64,000 nucleotides of DNA from Octopus vulgaris (GCA_951406725.2 OX597814.1:217000001-217064000), one strand, 5' to 3'. Shown: positions 50,600-64,000, counted from the stretch's first letter. Program-made: numbers and translations. The notes: generated by a model not told the origin, from the sequence alone.

Positions 50600-51585
50600 A
50601 TTATGCAACTTGTTATTCTCTTCAAGTGAACATTTTTCCAGTTGAAATACACCGAAAAATGGTGACACAGCAGTCAAAAATCGTAAAAAATAGGGATTTT
50701 CATAGAAAAAAAGCACCTTTTTGATGTAAATAATTTGTGGCGTTAACATTGTCCGATTTGAATTTTATCTTCTACAGAATGAAGAGCAAGCCTTCTTCTA
50801 TCATACTCTCAATTTTGGTCAACTTGCACTGTAGGGTCTCAAAGGAGATAGTGTTAGTTGAAGGCTACCAAACCTTCCACACACAGACAACTTCAGCTTT
50901 ATATATATCGATTTGCTACACACTACTTTCCATCCTTAATAATGAAACTTGGTAGATCCAAAAGTTAAACACACAGACACACAAGTTGAGTTTTATATAT
51001 ATATACATTTCTCAACGGGGATTTCAGGGGAGAGTTTCAGGGAGTCGCTGGTGATGTATCGTGATGATCAAAAATCCGGCCTGCTAAAATTGGGTTAAAG
51101 TGATTCAAACTGCAGACTCAACACAAAATGGTCACATTTAATTCAAAGCGTTAAAAATGTTATGAAAACAATTGGTATGTGTTCACAAAGTCCAAACGAT
51201 TAATACGAAAAAACCCTCCAGGCTACATCTCGAAAATTAATTTCTTTGCTGAATTTCTACAATGTTTACGGCAATTCGTTTTATATCTTGATTTATTATT
51301 TTTCATACAATTCACGCATGCTTGCACGCGTGGTGAACACAGTTCACGTCAAACAGCTGACTGACTAAAGTTCACTATTCAATGCATGGGATAAGGCCTA
51401 AACAAACACATTATCGATTTTTGCACTTGTGAGATGAATTTCGGAACAGAAATAGCACAGTTCAATTTTCATTCGCCTAAACTTTAAGTGACCCATTTTT
51501 GGTGGTTCTACGATTTGTTGGCTAGGAGGAGATGTGCCGGGAAGTTAAACACACAGACACACAAGTTGAGTTTAATATATATAGA
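50600..51585 (-). mobile_element. Cluster of Helitron-like non-autonomous fragments
   Basis: Minus-strand TC/TATATA...TGTGTGTCTGTGTG 5'-end motifs. The ~42-bp aagttaaacacacagacacacaagttgagttt occurs at ~50962 and ~51542. Confidence 0.45.
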
Positions 51586-51614
51586 TATATTTGTCATATA
51601 ATATACAATATGCA

Positions 51615-51928
51615 TGGCTCAGTGGTTAGAGCATCAAGCTCACAATCATGAGGTAGTGAGTTTGATTCCCAGACAAGGCTGTGAGTTATGTTCTTGAGAA
51701 AGACACTATTTTGCAGTGATCCAATTCACTCAGTTGTAGAAATAAGTTGCACTGGTGCCAAGCTGTATTGGCCTTCGCCTTTGCCTTGGATAAAACTGGT
51801 GGCATAGGGAGTGGAGGTTGGTATGCATGGGTGACTGCTGGTCTTCCATAAACAACTCTGCCCAGACTCGTGCCCCAGAAAAAAAATTTCTAGGTGCAAT
51901 CCCGATGTCATTCATGACCAAACGGGGT
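51615..51928 (+). mobile_element. tRNA-derived SINE (third family)
   Basis: TGGCTCAGTGG A box and GTTTGATTCCC B box. Related copy at ~43530-43830. Confidence 0.65.
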
Positions 51929-54086
51929 CGGCTGTGTGGTAAGTAGCTTGCTTACCAACCACGTGGTTCCGGGTTCAGTCCGACTGCGTGGCACCTTGGG
52001 CAAGTGTCTTCTACTATAGCCTTGGGCCGACCAAAGCCTTGTGAGTGGATTTGGTAGACGGAAACTGAAAGAAGCCCGTCATATATATGTATATGCATAT
52101 ATATTTGTGTCTGTGTTTGTCTCCCCAACATCGCTTGACAACCGATGCTGGTGTGTTTACGTCCTCGTCACTAAGCGGTTCGGCAAAAGGGAGTCAATAG
52201 AATAAGTACTAGGCTTACAAAGAATAAGTCCCGGGGTCGATTTGCTTGACTAAAAGTAGTGTTCCAGCATGGCTGCAGTCAAATGACTGAAACAAGTAAA
52301 ATAAAATTTTAAAAAAATATGTTTCCTCAAATCGCAAGAATCTTAATATAGTATGTAATAGTTATATAATATTACACAGCATGTAATAATTACATAATTA
52401 TAAAAATAATAATCCTTGAGCTGTGGTCTTTGTAATGTTATAAATGTGGGGTAATCATCAATTAACGATGCGGAATTTGGTGCAATTTTGAAGGCTTCAG
52501 TTAGGTATTATTCTTTCATGTACAAAGAGAATATAATGTAAGAATATGATCATTGTTGCAATTGCGTCTTTGTGATTTTAAGAAGAGTGGGACATTGTGT
52601 TTCTGTTGGTAGATGGCTTTACTAGCCCCGTTTATGGGATCAGTGCATGTCTGATATGAGATGTGTAGGTGGTCTGCAGACAACACTTGTGCACAGAAGT
52701 TTAGGGAAGAGTGACAGGTGGTGTCACCTGTAAGGGAGTTAGTGTAGTCAGAGGATACAGGAAAGAGGTAAAAAGAATATAGAAGAGGAGGAATGTGTAA
52801 GAGATAATTGAATGTTGGGATACATCAGAGATGAAAGTGTGTTGCTCAGAGACAGATCTATCAGTACATACAACAATAGAGTAGCCTGACAAGAGATTTC
52901 TAATCCAAAAGATTAGGGGCAAAGGAACTTATAGGTGCATACCTTAGCTACAAGGTCATCTTGAAATATTTGCTAAATAGTTGGGAATGACATTATTGAT
53001 TTATACATACTTACACACATACATATGTATGCATAGATAGATCTGCATACAAACATACACTTGTATATTTGTATATACCACCTACCACCCCTCGGGAATG
53101 GAAACAGATATCAACATCAAGACAGATACAATCACTGAGATCAGCTTACTAGATAGGGAGATATATAAAGGAAAAAGCAGATAAGACAGATGAATAGATA
53201 TTAGTAGAAATAGATGGATGGATAGAAAGATGGATTGATAGGTAGCTGGATGGATAGATAGATGATGAATAAATAGATGGCTAAACAAACAACTATTAAC
53301 AAACATACAAATTGATAGACTATCTTATAGTAAAAAAGACTTGAATTATATAATTTATTACAATGGAAGGAGTGGAAAAGAGAAAAAATACAGACAAAAC
53401 AGGCCGTAAAGAAAATAATAATAATACTTATAGGTTTATATTCTCATATTACATCTTATGAATAAAACTTACCTTATTTTAGAGAGAATAAACCAAAACT
53501 CACAGCTACCAATCCCTTCAGTAAAAACAATGAGTGCTTGTTGTTGCTGTTGCTAATTGTTTTGCAAATCTACTCCCACAAGTTCCGAATCCAATGTTTA
53601 TAAGAGAACAGGACAGTCCTTTACACAAGGAGTCCACAATGACACTGTTCCATTGACGAAAGAAGTATGCCCACTGAACACCGCATTGTTTAAGTGAGGT
53701 TGGGTCAAATTAGTAATGTATATTTATAGCTAATGTGATATTTTGGCATGTATGACACTAGTTTTAGGTCAAGTGTTTGTTAAATGGATGCATGCCTTTA
53801 CTTTTAAATGCAGCTCTGTTCCTCCGGATACAGGAATCATTTAGTAACATAAATTCAAGTTAATGAGATAATAAGAAGCAAATTGCTTTCATAATCATCA
53901 TAATAGTGATGATGACAATTATAGTAGTAATAGTAGTAGAAGAAAATGGGTAGCTATTAGCCAAGTTTAATGATACTTTTGGTAAAATTCAACATCAATT
54001 TACATCGATGTTTACATTAAGTGAAAGAGATAATTTCAGAAAAATAAATTTGAGCAGAGAAAACGGTTTCAATAGAGAAAACGGTT

Positions 54087-54123
<37 letters not shown>

Positions 54124-56682
54124 GCGCGTGTGTGTGTGATTACACTAGTTTGAGCATTAAAAACCTAACATTAGAAGACAAGACAATTGATAGAAAGAAA
54201 GATTGGTATCCCTAAGATATCACTAAGTTATTACACTAAATCAATAGCCAATAAAGAAAACTCTATGTGATCATTCAAATTGCTAGAAATAGAAGCCAAA
54301 TGTCTCTTAAATTATATGCTACCAGTGAATATTTTCATAGCAAAACAGCTAAAAAAGGAAGGCAACGTTGGATAATATAGCCTGAGATAATATAGCCTAT
54401 GACTGAAAAGACAAGATAGTCATGGTTGGAATCTCATGGATTATCTCTCTGTTTGACTAAGGTTGAGTCTGGAGCTTAGCAATAACTTTGTATCAAAACA
54501 AGGGAATATACAGAAAACAAAACATTTAGAGAGATATGAGTTTGCTGATTGAATTTTTTGAAGAGTAATCAGTGGTCGGATTTTTCAGTTTCTTTCTCCA
54601 AACATGAGAGGAGTGGAAAATGAAAATGACTAAACATAACATCATGAACAGCTTCCTTTTCATACCAGTTACTGTTGAGACCTTCATTGTCCTCAATTCC
54701 TGGATTGTGTAACTCCCCTCTGCCAAACTGGAACAATAGCATTGTGCTCAAGGAAAGAATATATTAGATTATCTTCACATCTGCATTTAGCTGTTTTAGC
54801 TTGGCTCATATATAGGTGTACATCTATATTCCAATATGAAAACTTTCCCAGGGATGTCATCAGCCTGAAGAATATATTGTTAAGTAGCAGTTTATTATGG
54901 TCTTTATCATCATCATCATCGTTTAACGTCCGTTCTCCATGCTAGCATGGGTTGGACGATTCGACCGGGGATCTGGGAAGCCAGAAGGCTGCTCCAGGCT
55001 CCGGTCTTATCTGGCAATGTTTCTACAGCTGGATGCCCTTCCTAACGCCAACCACTCTGTGAGTGTAGTGGGTGCTTTTTACATGCCACCTGCACTGGAG
55101 CCAGGCGAGGCTGGCATCGGCCACGGTCGGATTGGTGCATTTTACGTGCCATTCCTGAGAAAATTTCCCCTATATAATTATTTTAAATTACTAAATCTAT
55201 GAATGAAAGTTTTTCACTCAAAATGTTTACCCTCTCAGTTATTCTAAAGCTTGGTTAACACAAGTTAAATTAAGCATCACTGAAGAGGTATACTAAAACT
55301 GAAACATGTCTAGAGTTGCCACTGTACTTACCAATGATCAAACCCATTCCCCACTGTATGCTTTCCCTCCATTCAATTCTTAATGTATTCAGATTTTGTG
55401 GTTATCACTGACTTTTTTGACAAGGATCATCATGATGAGCCTAACATAAATTGACTGAAATTTTTTATTGAATCATTACAAAATGTATTGATCCAACAAA
55501 AAATTTCAATCAGTTACTGCCCATTTCGCTATATAAATGTTGGTCTACAGTAGTAGTTGTTCTTTTGGAAATAATTAGGTAATTTATATACTCAGCAGCT
55601 CATATTTCCAGTACACACCCTAAGCTGCAGATTAACTGCTGTATTAAATTTGAGTTAACTACCTTCAAACACTTTGTACATGTCTACTTGCATGCTCTTG
55701 TAGATATTCACAGACAGTGTAATAGGCACAACTGTGACTATTTGGTTTAGAAGCTTGCTTTCCAATCAGATAGTTTGGGGTTTAGTCTCAGTGCATGGCA
55801 CCTTGGACAAGTGTCTTCTACTATACATAGCCTTGTGTTGACCAAAATGTAGTGAATGAATTTGGTAGATGGAAACTGAAAGAAGCCTTTTATGTGTGTG
55901 TATTTGTGTATGTGTACTCTTGTCTAAACATCACATGATGATTATAAATGAGCATCATCATCATACAAGTGATATTGTTTGTTTCCAGACTTTTGTGAAA
56001 ACATGTTCAACTACAAGGAATTATTATCTTGCTTTGAAACAGGTGAGGGTTGTCTGAAGGAAGGGTAACTGGCTGTAGAAAATCTGCCTCAACAAATTCC
56101 ATCTAACCCATGCAAGTATGGAAAAGTGGACATTCAATGATGTTGATGATGATGATGATGTGCATATTCATACAATAGATGAAACAGATGTTAGGCCTAT
56201 TGCTTGCCTAGTTTTCATGATGTATAAGCAATAAGCAATCAATAGTACAATACTTTCCCTTTTAATGGGATTCCTGTCAGTCACTTGACAAACCCCCAGC
56301 TGTTGCTGTTACTAATGGCATAGCTAATAGGGAAGCAAGGGCAGTGACTGCTCCTGCCAAGCAGGTTTTTCAAAACTGATGCCTTTTCAACAATTTTTTA
56401 AACTCTTTAGTTCCCTGTATCAGTAGTTGTAAGTTTCATACATAATGACATTGTTACTGAAACATGAAATTAATGAATATAGAATACAATTATGTATATC
56501 ATAAGTAATGAAATATTTCGCTTAATATAGGCGAAGGAGTGGCTGTGTGGTAAGTAGTTTGCTTACCAGCCACATGGTTCCGGGTTCAGTCCTACTGCAT
56601 GGCACCTTGGTCTTCTACTATAGCCTCAGGCTGACCAAAGCCTTGTGAGTGGATTTGGTAGACAGAAACTGAAAGAAGCCTG

Positions 56683-56718
<36 letters not shown>

Positions 56719-57056
56719 CCCTTACCTTCGAAACACAGAATAAGTCGAAACAGGGGCAGCTGAAGAAGGGGAATGTTCCTTGTGTTGTATGTCTTGTACT
56801 CTGTTTTTTCGTTGTTTAAAAAAGTCCGTTTCCATGTTTTGTTTTTATGTTTTTGTTTCTCGTTATGTTCTACGTTTTTTGTGGTGTCCTGTACCCATAT
56901 ATGCATGTATATATACATATGGATGTAGGTATGTACATAATGTATGCATATGTTTTATTTATTAAATTGTTATTATATGATCGAACGCCATGCGTCCTCT
57001 TCCAAGTAAGTTTTATTTATATATAATAATTTGAAACTGACTTGAAAATTGGAAGT

Positions 57057-57099
57057 CCACCTGAAGATTGTCGATCAGGACAAGAAACAATTGTAGTGG
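57057..57099 (+). ncRNA. Minimal type I hammerhead ribozyme
   Basis: CCAC-CTGAAGA-TTGTC(gatcag)GACAA-GAAA-CAATTGTA-GTGG. Stem I CCAC/GTGG, 5-bp stem II, palindromic stem III (ACAATTGT), GUA cleavage triplet. Confidence 0.72.
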
Positions 57100-57271
57100 C
57101 GGTTTTTTTGACTTTTTATTAAAATTTTATGTATTGATTAAGTCTTTCCTTGTTTGTTTTGCAAAATAGTGGTTTTGTCTCTAATAATATTATATAATAT
57201 TTTACTATAAAATTGGATTTAATCCTAAATCTGATTTTTTCCCTGTAAATTTGGATTTATTCCCTAATATT

Positions 57272-57317
<46 letters not shown>

Positions 57318-57546
57318 CTGATACTTAAATATACGGTTTATTACTATATATTACATTTCTTTATACTTTTAATGTTTACCCAAAGTATATTATATTATTT
57401 TTTTATATTCACTTCTCTAAATATACTCCCCCTTCCTTTATAAGGTCTATACCAGATTTTTTCTCTAAAACAATACTCAGTTAGCCAAAATGCTCCTTAC
57501 ACTTAACACATAAAAATATACAAATGTAATGGTATATCTTTTTTCT

Positions 57547-57623
57547 ACCTCTGATGAGATTCAACTTTATAATTTAATTATTTTAACTAATTTTTAAAGT
57601 CTGAATTGAAACAGCTGTTGGGG
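57547..57623 (+). ncRNA. Hammerhead ribozyme-like motif with extended stem II
   Basis: acct-CTGATGA-GATTCAACTTTA...TAAAGTcTGAATT-GAAA-CAGCTGTT-ggg. Palindromic stem III ACAGCTGT; stem I is weak. Confidence 0.55.
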
Positions 57624-58689
57624 ATTATGTCTATTTTTGTAATTAATAAATATAATTATTGTTTTATCTCCTATTTTCTTATTTTTCTTAAGTAATTATA
57701 AACCTAGGTTTATTTAATTATCTATTTTTGAGTAACAAAACTAATATTCAAAATAAATTGCAGGTAAGAAACCAGTAAATTCATTGGATATTATTATCCC
57801 TTAATGACGCTTATTTAACCTCTAATTGAACTTATATATATGCAGGTGTGGCTGTTCATTTGAGAAGTTAGCTTTCCAACAACATGGTTTCAGGTTCAGT
57901 CCTACTGTGTGGTACCTTGAATGAATCTGTTTGCCAGAAACGGAAAGGAGCCTGTCATATATATGTGTGTGTGTATGATAGACAGACAGGTGTGTCCCTC
58001 TCCCTGTCTTGAAAACATATGATTGTTGTCAATGAATGCCATTCCTTTCCAAAATTCTGTGAAAGCATATCTAGCCAGGTCTAGCAGAAACATTACCTTG
58101 CTTGGAAACATGTACAGGTTGGCAGCAGGAAGGGCATCCAGCTGTAGAAAATCTGCCTCAATAAATTTTGTCCAATCCATGCAAATGCAAGCATGGAAAA
58201 GTGGATGTTAAAATGACGATAAAATTGAAACAAAAATTTGACCAACATTCTTGGTGGTGATTTGGCAGAGTCATTACAACATTGGGCAAAATCTGGCATT
58301 TATTCTAGCACTTAGCATTCTGAGTTCAAATCTAACTGAGGTCAACTTTGGTTTTTATTCTTCCAGGGTCAATAAATGAACAGTCTTCTTTCAATATTTG
58401 TTTGAGCTCTTTGTATTCTGATTTTAAATTCTGCTGAGGCCTACCTGGATAGTAGACTTAATGTCATCCACGTTAATGCCATCACCTGGTCCTTGAGCAC
58501 CCTTAATGGAGTCTACTCTGTTGCAAACATGTGAACTAGGACCCCTGTTTGAGGATGACACCCTCCTTCCCTCCCACTCACCAGTCTTCAAGGCCTTGTA
58601 ATAGGTCTTGGGTACTGCTTTTCCTGCTAAGAAATAAAAAAAGATACAGAAAATTCTGACAGATTTATCACAATGAAAGAAAGCCTTAC

Positions 58690-58782
58690 CTCAACACAAG
58701 CATACTCTTTGAAGACAGGTAAATACTCCTGCAGGCTAAGTATTTCCAACCAAGAGTGTATATCCAAGTGTTTACCAACCAT
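58690..58782 (-). CDS. BCAR3: BCAR3-like probable first coding exon, first half of SAM domain (exon 58690-58816)
   Basis: acag| at 58817 and GAG|gtaagg. Encodes MVGKHLDIHSWLEILSLQEYLPVFKEYACVE (SAM WLxxLxLxxY). The frame is open upstream of the ATG, so an N-terminal extension is possible. Confidence 0.85.
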
Positions 58783-59109
58783 TACTTTATTTTTGTGGCG
58801 CCGTTGTAGCACCAATCTGTAAAAAGGAAAATAAAATGTCTAAATTTATTTGTATTTTATGAAACATTTAAAAATATTAGAGTCTGTAAGGTTAAAAACA
58901 AAATGGTAATTTCATCACAAATCACTTCCAATAATCCCGTATTTGTCCCTTTTTTTTCTTCTTGTTTTTGGTTTTCAAATTTCAAAGGCAAAATTTTAAG
59001 CATATTTAATTGGTTGATGCTTAATTCCAATCAATCAATTTTACCGAATACAAATTATTGAGCCAATGTTTCTGAATCTTTCAGAAATAATAGCTAAATC
59101 TCCCTGTAC

Positions 59110-59561
59110 CTCTGAAAAACCTAAACCTTGTATATAATACGCACCCCTTCTCTAACTTGAGTCGTGCGTGACTAAGACAGCAGCACCTAGTCAAACAAAC
59201 ACTTCTGCGCAAGCGTAATACAATAATGGTGATGTTCTTAACTGTTATATGGGAATGTAAATATGTTTGCAAATTGTTTTTGTTACATGTTGTTCTGTGT
59301 TCTTTTATTTTAATAAATGTTGCTTACAGCAAGTTATGGATTATTCTTTTATGACTTCATTGCTTTCAGGCTTAGCTCAAGATATTTTCGTGCCCAACAC
59401 CACAAAACGCATCTGAATAAACATTGCCGGACAGCAAATAGAGACTCGGACATTGCTTAGAAAATATTTTTCATTTTTAACCTCGTATATAGTACGCACT
59501 AGGGATTTTGACCTTTAAATTTTGGGAAAGAAATGCGGATTATACTCAAGGATTTATGGTA
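59110..59561. mobile_element. Tigger/pogo-like MITE remnant
   Basis: cttgtatataatacgcac ... tgcggattatactcaaggatttatgg-TA. Confidence 0.45.
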
Positions 59562-62500
59562 CATACACAAACATATACATGCATATGTATATATCAGCAA
59601 AAGGATATAAGCAGCAGTAAGGACCAAAAAAGAGAAAGATAAAAACGCAAGTGACACTCCTTTGTTACTCTGGCTGTGAAGTCAAAAATACAGTGAACCG
59701 ATGATTGATCTACAGGAAACCTGTAACCAATGATGCTGTAGTTTATATATTGCAATATAAAGTATATAAATACAGAATATGCCTCTCCTTGCAGTGCACA
59801 ACATTATCTTTATTTGACTAATTTAATTACTGCAACATCTGGTTAACGTGCATATAAGTTTGTAGAACTAGTATTTTATCTGAACATCAAATAAGTCTAA
59901 TATCGTCTTGTAATAATCCAACAGGTAGAGGTTGTTATCAGTGTTGTTCATATATTGGCAATCTGTTGCAGAGAGTAGCTTTATGAGATATTTTATTCTA
60001 AACGAATCATCTACATGGTGCATTGCAATGCAGAGATTCTGGGAAGATAAATAGACACCACTACTGCTGCCTCCAAAGTCTGCATTTGATGGTTGTTTTT
60101 GTTGTTATTTTTGTTGTTGCTGGTAAGCTCTTGTTGAGCAGGCCTATGATCAAAGATGTTCCAACTGTGACTATTTTATTTATTTATTTTTTAGATATAG
60201 TATATCATTTTCAGATATAGCATTTCAATTTCTTTCATTTTCTGTTTAAGAATAGAAGAGCATGTTTTGAATTTGAGGGTATAAGTTGTTTTTAGTTCGT
60301 CAAGCAGTCACATAAAGGTTCCTTAATTGTTATTTGTATTTTTGTTTTTTTTTTATTATACCTGAATAGGAATCATTAAGATCCTTTCTGCTTCTCTTAG
60401 ATCATTTACCTTTTTCTTACCCTATTTCTGTGGAAATAAATCCTCTTTATTTCAATTAATTTTGAAAATACTGAAGAGTATTAAGATAAGATTGCCAATA
60501 TATGAACAACACTAATAGCAGCCTCTACCGGTTGGATTATTACAAGTAAGACAATATTAGACTTATTTGATGTTCAGATAAAATACTAGTTCTACAAACT
60601 TATATGCACATTAGCCTGGTGTTGCAGTAATTAAATTAGTCAATTATAAAGCAATAATTTTATGAGATATACATTTATCTTTTTGATACCAACCCACCCA
60701 GAACAACCTTGGTTCTAGAATACAAACTTCCAGTTTTAAAATCATCTAGAGTAAAATTTTCCATTAAAATTTCATGTTGATTTATATTCCATGTTTAATA
60801 ATGGCAATCTTATCTTAATACTCTTCACTATTTTCAAAATAAATTGAAAAAAAGAGGATAAGAAAAAGGTAAATGATCTAAGAAAACAGAAAGGATCTTA
60901 ATGATTCATATTCAGGTATAATAAAAAACAAAAATACAAATAACAAAAAGCAACAAAAGTCCGAGGGACATTCACTGTAAACATTATTAGGTTGATGCTC
61001 AAAGAAAAAAGTTATAGAGTAAAATTAAAGGTTTCAGACATAGTTCTTTGTCAGACATTCAAGGAAAGTCCAGATGAGATTAGGAAGAGAAGGAAGAGAG
61101 GAGACAAAAAAGAGAAAGCTAGGAAAAATACCTGTTGGTTAGTTTCATATGTTTGACCTCTAATAAACTATTTGGCTAAATTTGCCTGAGGTCAGCAATG
61201 AAGGAAGTGTTGAAGATTCTATCAGCCAATATTTTAGAAAAGTATTGTGATTAAATTACAGAGTTTTTTTCCTTATCACTCCTTTGGTTCTATCTAACAA
61301 CAATGGTTCCAATAGATGTGTCAGCTGTGTAAAGGTGGAACAATTTTCCACAAGACAAATATTGTAGATTTTAAAGGAAAAAATCCAGCTCACTTGCACA
61401 TATATGGAAAATAGATATAAATCAATAAAAAAAAAAGAAAACCACACACATTCTTTTAGTTGTTTCAGTCATTGAACTTCAGCCATACAGAAGTCCTGTT
61501 TTGAAGGGTTTAGATAATCAAATTGAACCCAGTGCTGATTATAGGTCTTGTATATTTATTGATCTATCTCTTTTGGTTGAAACTCTAAGTAATGGGGAGG
61601 GGCAAACAAACATCAGAATTGTCAAGCAATGAGAACTATATATACAACACCTGAGCATAAATATACACGTACAATAAAGTTGAAAGAATAATTAATTCAT
61701 GTTCCCTCAGATTATTCTACTAGCTGGTCACAAGGTGGAACTGCAGAGATAATGACCACATTCAAGATGATTCTAACTAACTGATATATACACAGAGTTT
61801 CTATCAACCTGAGGCTACGAAAATACTCACCATGTTGTTGCAAAGTGAAATTCTTAGTACACAGCTATGCCTGCACAAAAGGGAGGCAATGCAGACCTAA
61901 TATAAAAATAAACGTGGACAACAAAACTGATTTTAATGGAAATCTTTCGCTTTCATAAGACAAAGCTTCAAGGTGGGTACACACATGCTATATGCATAAA
62001 TGCATATGCCTATAAATGTTATATGTAAATGAAACGGATTTGACACTCAACATATGAATGACACCTACTGTGTCAAAAAGTTATATATTTTCATTTGAAT
62101 TGCAGTGATGTTAGGGAAAATTCTACCATCTCACATTGGATATGCATACATACATACATACAAACACACATACAAATATAGGTGCAGCTTTAGCTCTGTG
62201 GTTAAGAAGCTTGCATGGCGCCTAGAGCAATTGTCTGTTGTTATAGCCTCAGGTTGACCAAAGCCTTGATTGGATTTGGTAGAAGGAAACTGAAAGAATT
62301 ATGATGTGCATGCGTGTGCCTATTAGTGTCTGTCTCCACCACTGCTTGACTTAATGTGTACTAGGGTTGACTTGTTCAACTAGGTGCCCCAGCATGGGTG
62401 GTGCCCCAGCATGGCTACAGTTCAATGACTGAAACAAGTCAAAGATAAAAGACTAAAGAAGAGCCAAGAATATCAGCCCAGGACTGTTAGGGCATCAGAT

Positions 62501-63547
62501 GAGTTACTTTCAGGGATCTGTTACAGCTTTTTAGAGATCTGTTTCCATTTTTCACATTTTGAGTTCTAATTTCCAAGGTGCAGAATTGGCAAGAGCAAAT
62601 CACTCGACCACAGGATCACCCTGTCCAACCTGCCAGTGGCCAGTATAGACTGGCAGGCTCGCAGTCATCTTAGACAGCCCAGCAATGGCATGATGACGTT
62701 TCATCAAGCTTTTGTTAGAAAATAATTGGATGGAAAGTGTATCTAAAACTACATTATGTCAAGTGTCCTTTACTTTATCAAGATAGCAGAATGTGATTAG
62801 AGGGAGATCTGGTTGTTATTCATAGCATTTCATTGGCTCATATATGCATTCCATTATGGGACATGTTGTAAGAGTTGTTCTATATACGAAGACTGATTCA
62901 AAACACTTTATCCTTGCACTTTTCAAAATACATTAGACAATGAGAGAGCTTGTACATGGTCGCTTACTTTGTTAAGAATAGTAATGAAATCTCTTTTAAA
63001 TCACACCCAATTATTTTAAAAAGGAATGTCACACTGGATAATGTGATCCAAGGGACCTGGCAGAGACTTCCTTTAACATAAGTCTCCTTGAACAAGCTTG
63101 ACCTTAGCTAAACAATAAGCACTGGTCTCCCCCCCCCCAAAAAAAAAAATTTATTAAATAGATTTTAATTCTTCTAATTTAAAGAGAAATTCAAAAGATT
63201 TTCTAGCAATTCCCTATAGAAAATATTGGCATATATGTAATAGATTTGTTTGTGGAAAGTAGTAAATATTTTGTATTTAAATTAAGGTAACCAAGTAAAA
63301 AGACTGATTTAACAGTGTAAAATGAGAATGGTAAGGAAACTAGACATCTTATTCCTTGTCATACTGACAGCCACCACAGTAATGTTTTCTCCTCTATGTC
63401 TTTGAGACTGCTTCAGACAGGTGTTGGAATAAACAGACATAGGGGAGTGGTTGTGATGGGAGAGAATGTTAGAGTGTATGTGTGAGGGTACAAGATAAAG
63501 AGATAGAGTATGTGAATAAATAGTGAAGGTGAGAAATAGTGTGTGTG

Positions 63548-63580
<33 letters not shown>

Positions 63581-63899
63581 TGTGTGTGTGGCTAAACAAA
63601 TGTCAAGGTGAGTTACATGAATGGAAGTAACATTTAAAAATTTAAACTATATCAAAGAAATATAAAAAGTATGTATAGAAAAAAATTAGTTTAAGCAAAG
63701 TAAATATTAAGGAAGTGTGTGTGTGTGTGTAAAGAAAGAGAGAAAGAGAGGAAAGATAAGATTAAAATATAAACATTTGGAAATGAATCTAACAAAATAA
63801 AACCTTAGAAATCCTAAAAAGAATTCACCTCCTCCTCTAACAAATACCTCAACCACATTCAAAACTATAATTAATGTATTATGATTAATGAGGCCTTAC

Positions 63900-63943
63900 C
63901 TCGATCTTGTTGCTTGCAACTCAGCTTTGAAGTAATTATAGCT
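63900..63943 (-). other. Possible upstream exon of the BCAR3-like gene
   Basis: ttttatag|AGC...TCG AG|gtaagg. Phase 2 matches the 58816 acceptor and gives the open frame SYNYFKAELQATRSR-LVLQRR. No homology support. Confidence 0.3.
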
Positions 63944-64000
63944 CTATAAAATTGTGGTCTTTCTGATATAAATTATGGTTTTGATGGAATGTTAGAGAGA

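Noticed and set aside
54526-54751. Short minus-strand ORFs as extra BCAR3-like exons
   Set aside because: No homology, and the SAM halves already join in frame without them.

Overview
AT-rich, microsatellite- and repeat-dense animal genomic DNA. The repeat landscape of RTE LINEs with (GAT)n tails and abundant tRNA-headed SINEs suggests a coleoid cephalopod, probably Octopus; this is an inference. Two spliced genes converge tail-to-tail. On +, the last five coding exons of NELF-B/COBRA1 (1390-12092). On -, an apparently complete six-coding-exon BCAR3/SH2D3(NSP)-family gene (58782->16231, about 806 aa) with an N-terminal SAM domain, an SH2 domain, an S/P-rich linker and a Cdc25/RasGEF-like domain. 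Introns hold a tRNA-Leu(CAG) copy with a T-loop mutation, a truncated U2 snRNA fused to an RTE 3' tail, fossils of RTE, HERO-like RLE, hAT and piggyBac elements, TTAA MITEs, non-autonomous Helitrons, SINEs, several long fold-back palindromes and several minimal hammerhead ribozyme motifs. The most interesting observations are the U2/RTE-tail chimera, the hammerhead motifs, two inverted Helitrons bracketing a symmetric NELF-B exon, a 595-bp fold-back element with a telomere-repeat loop, and interlocking inverted duplications. All analysis was by eye, so repeat boundaries are approximate.
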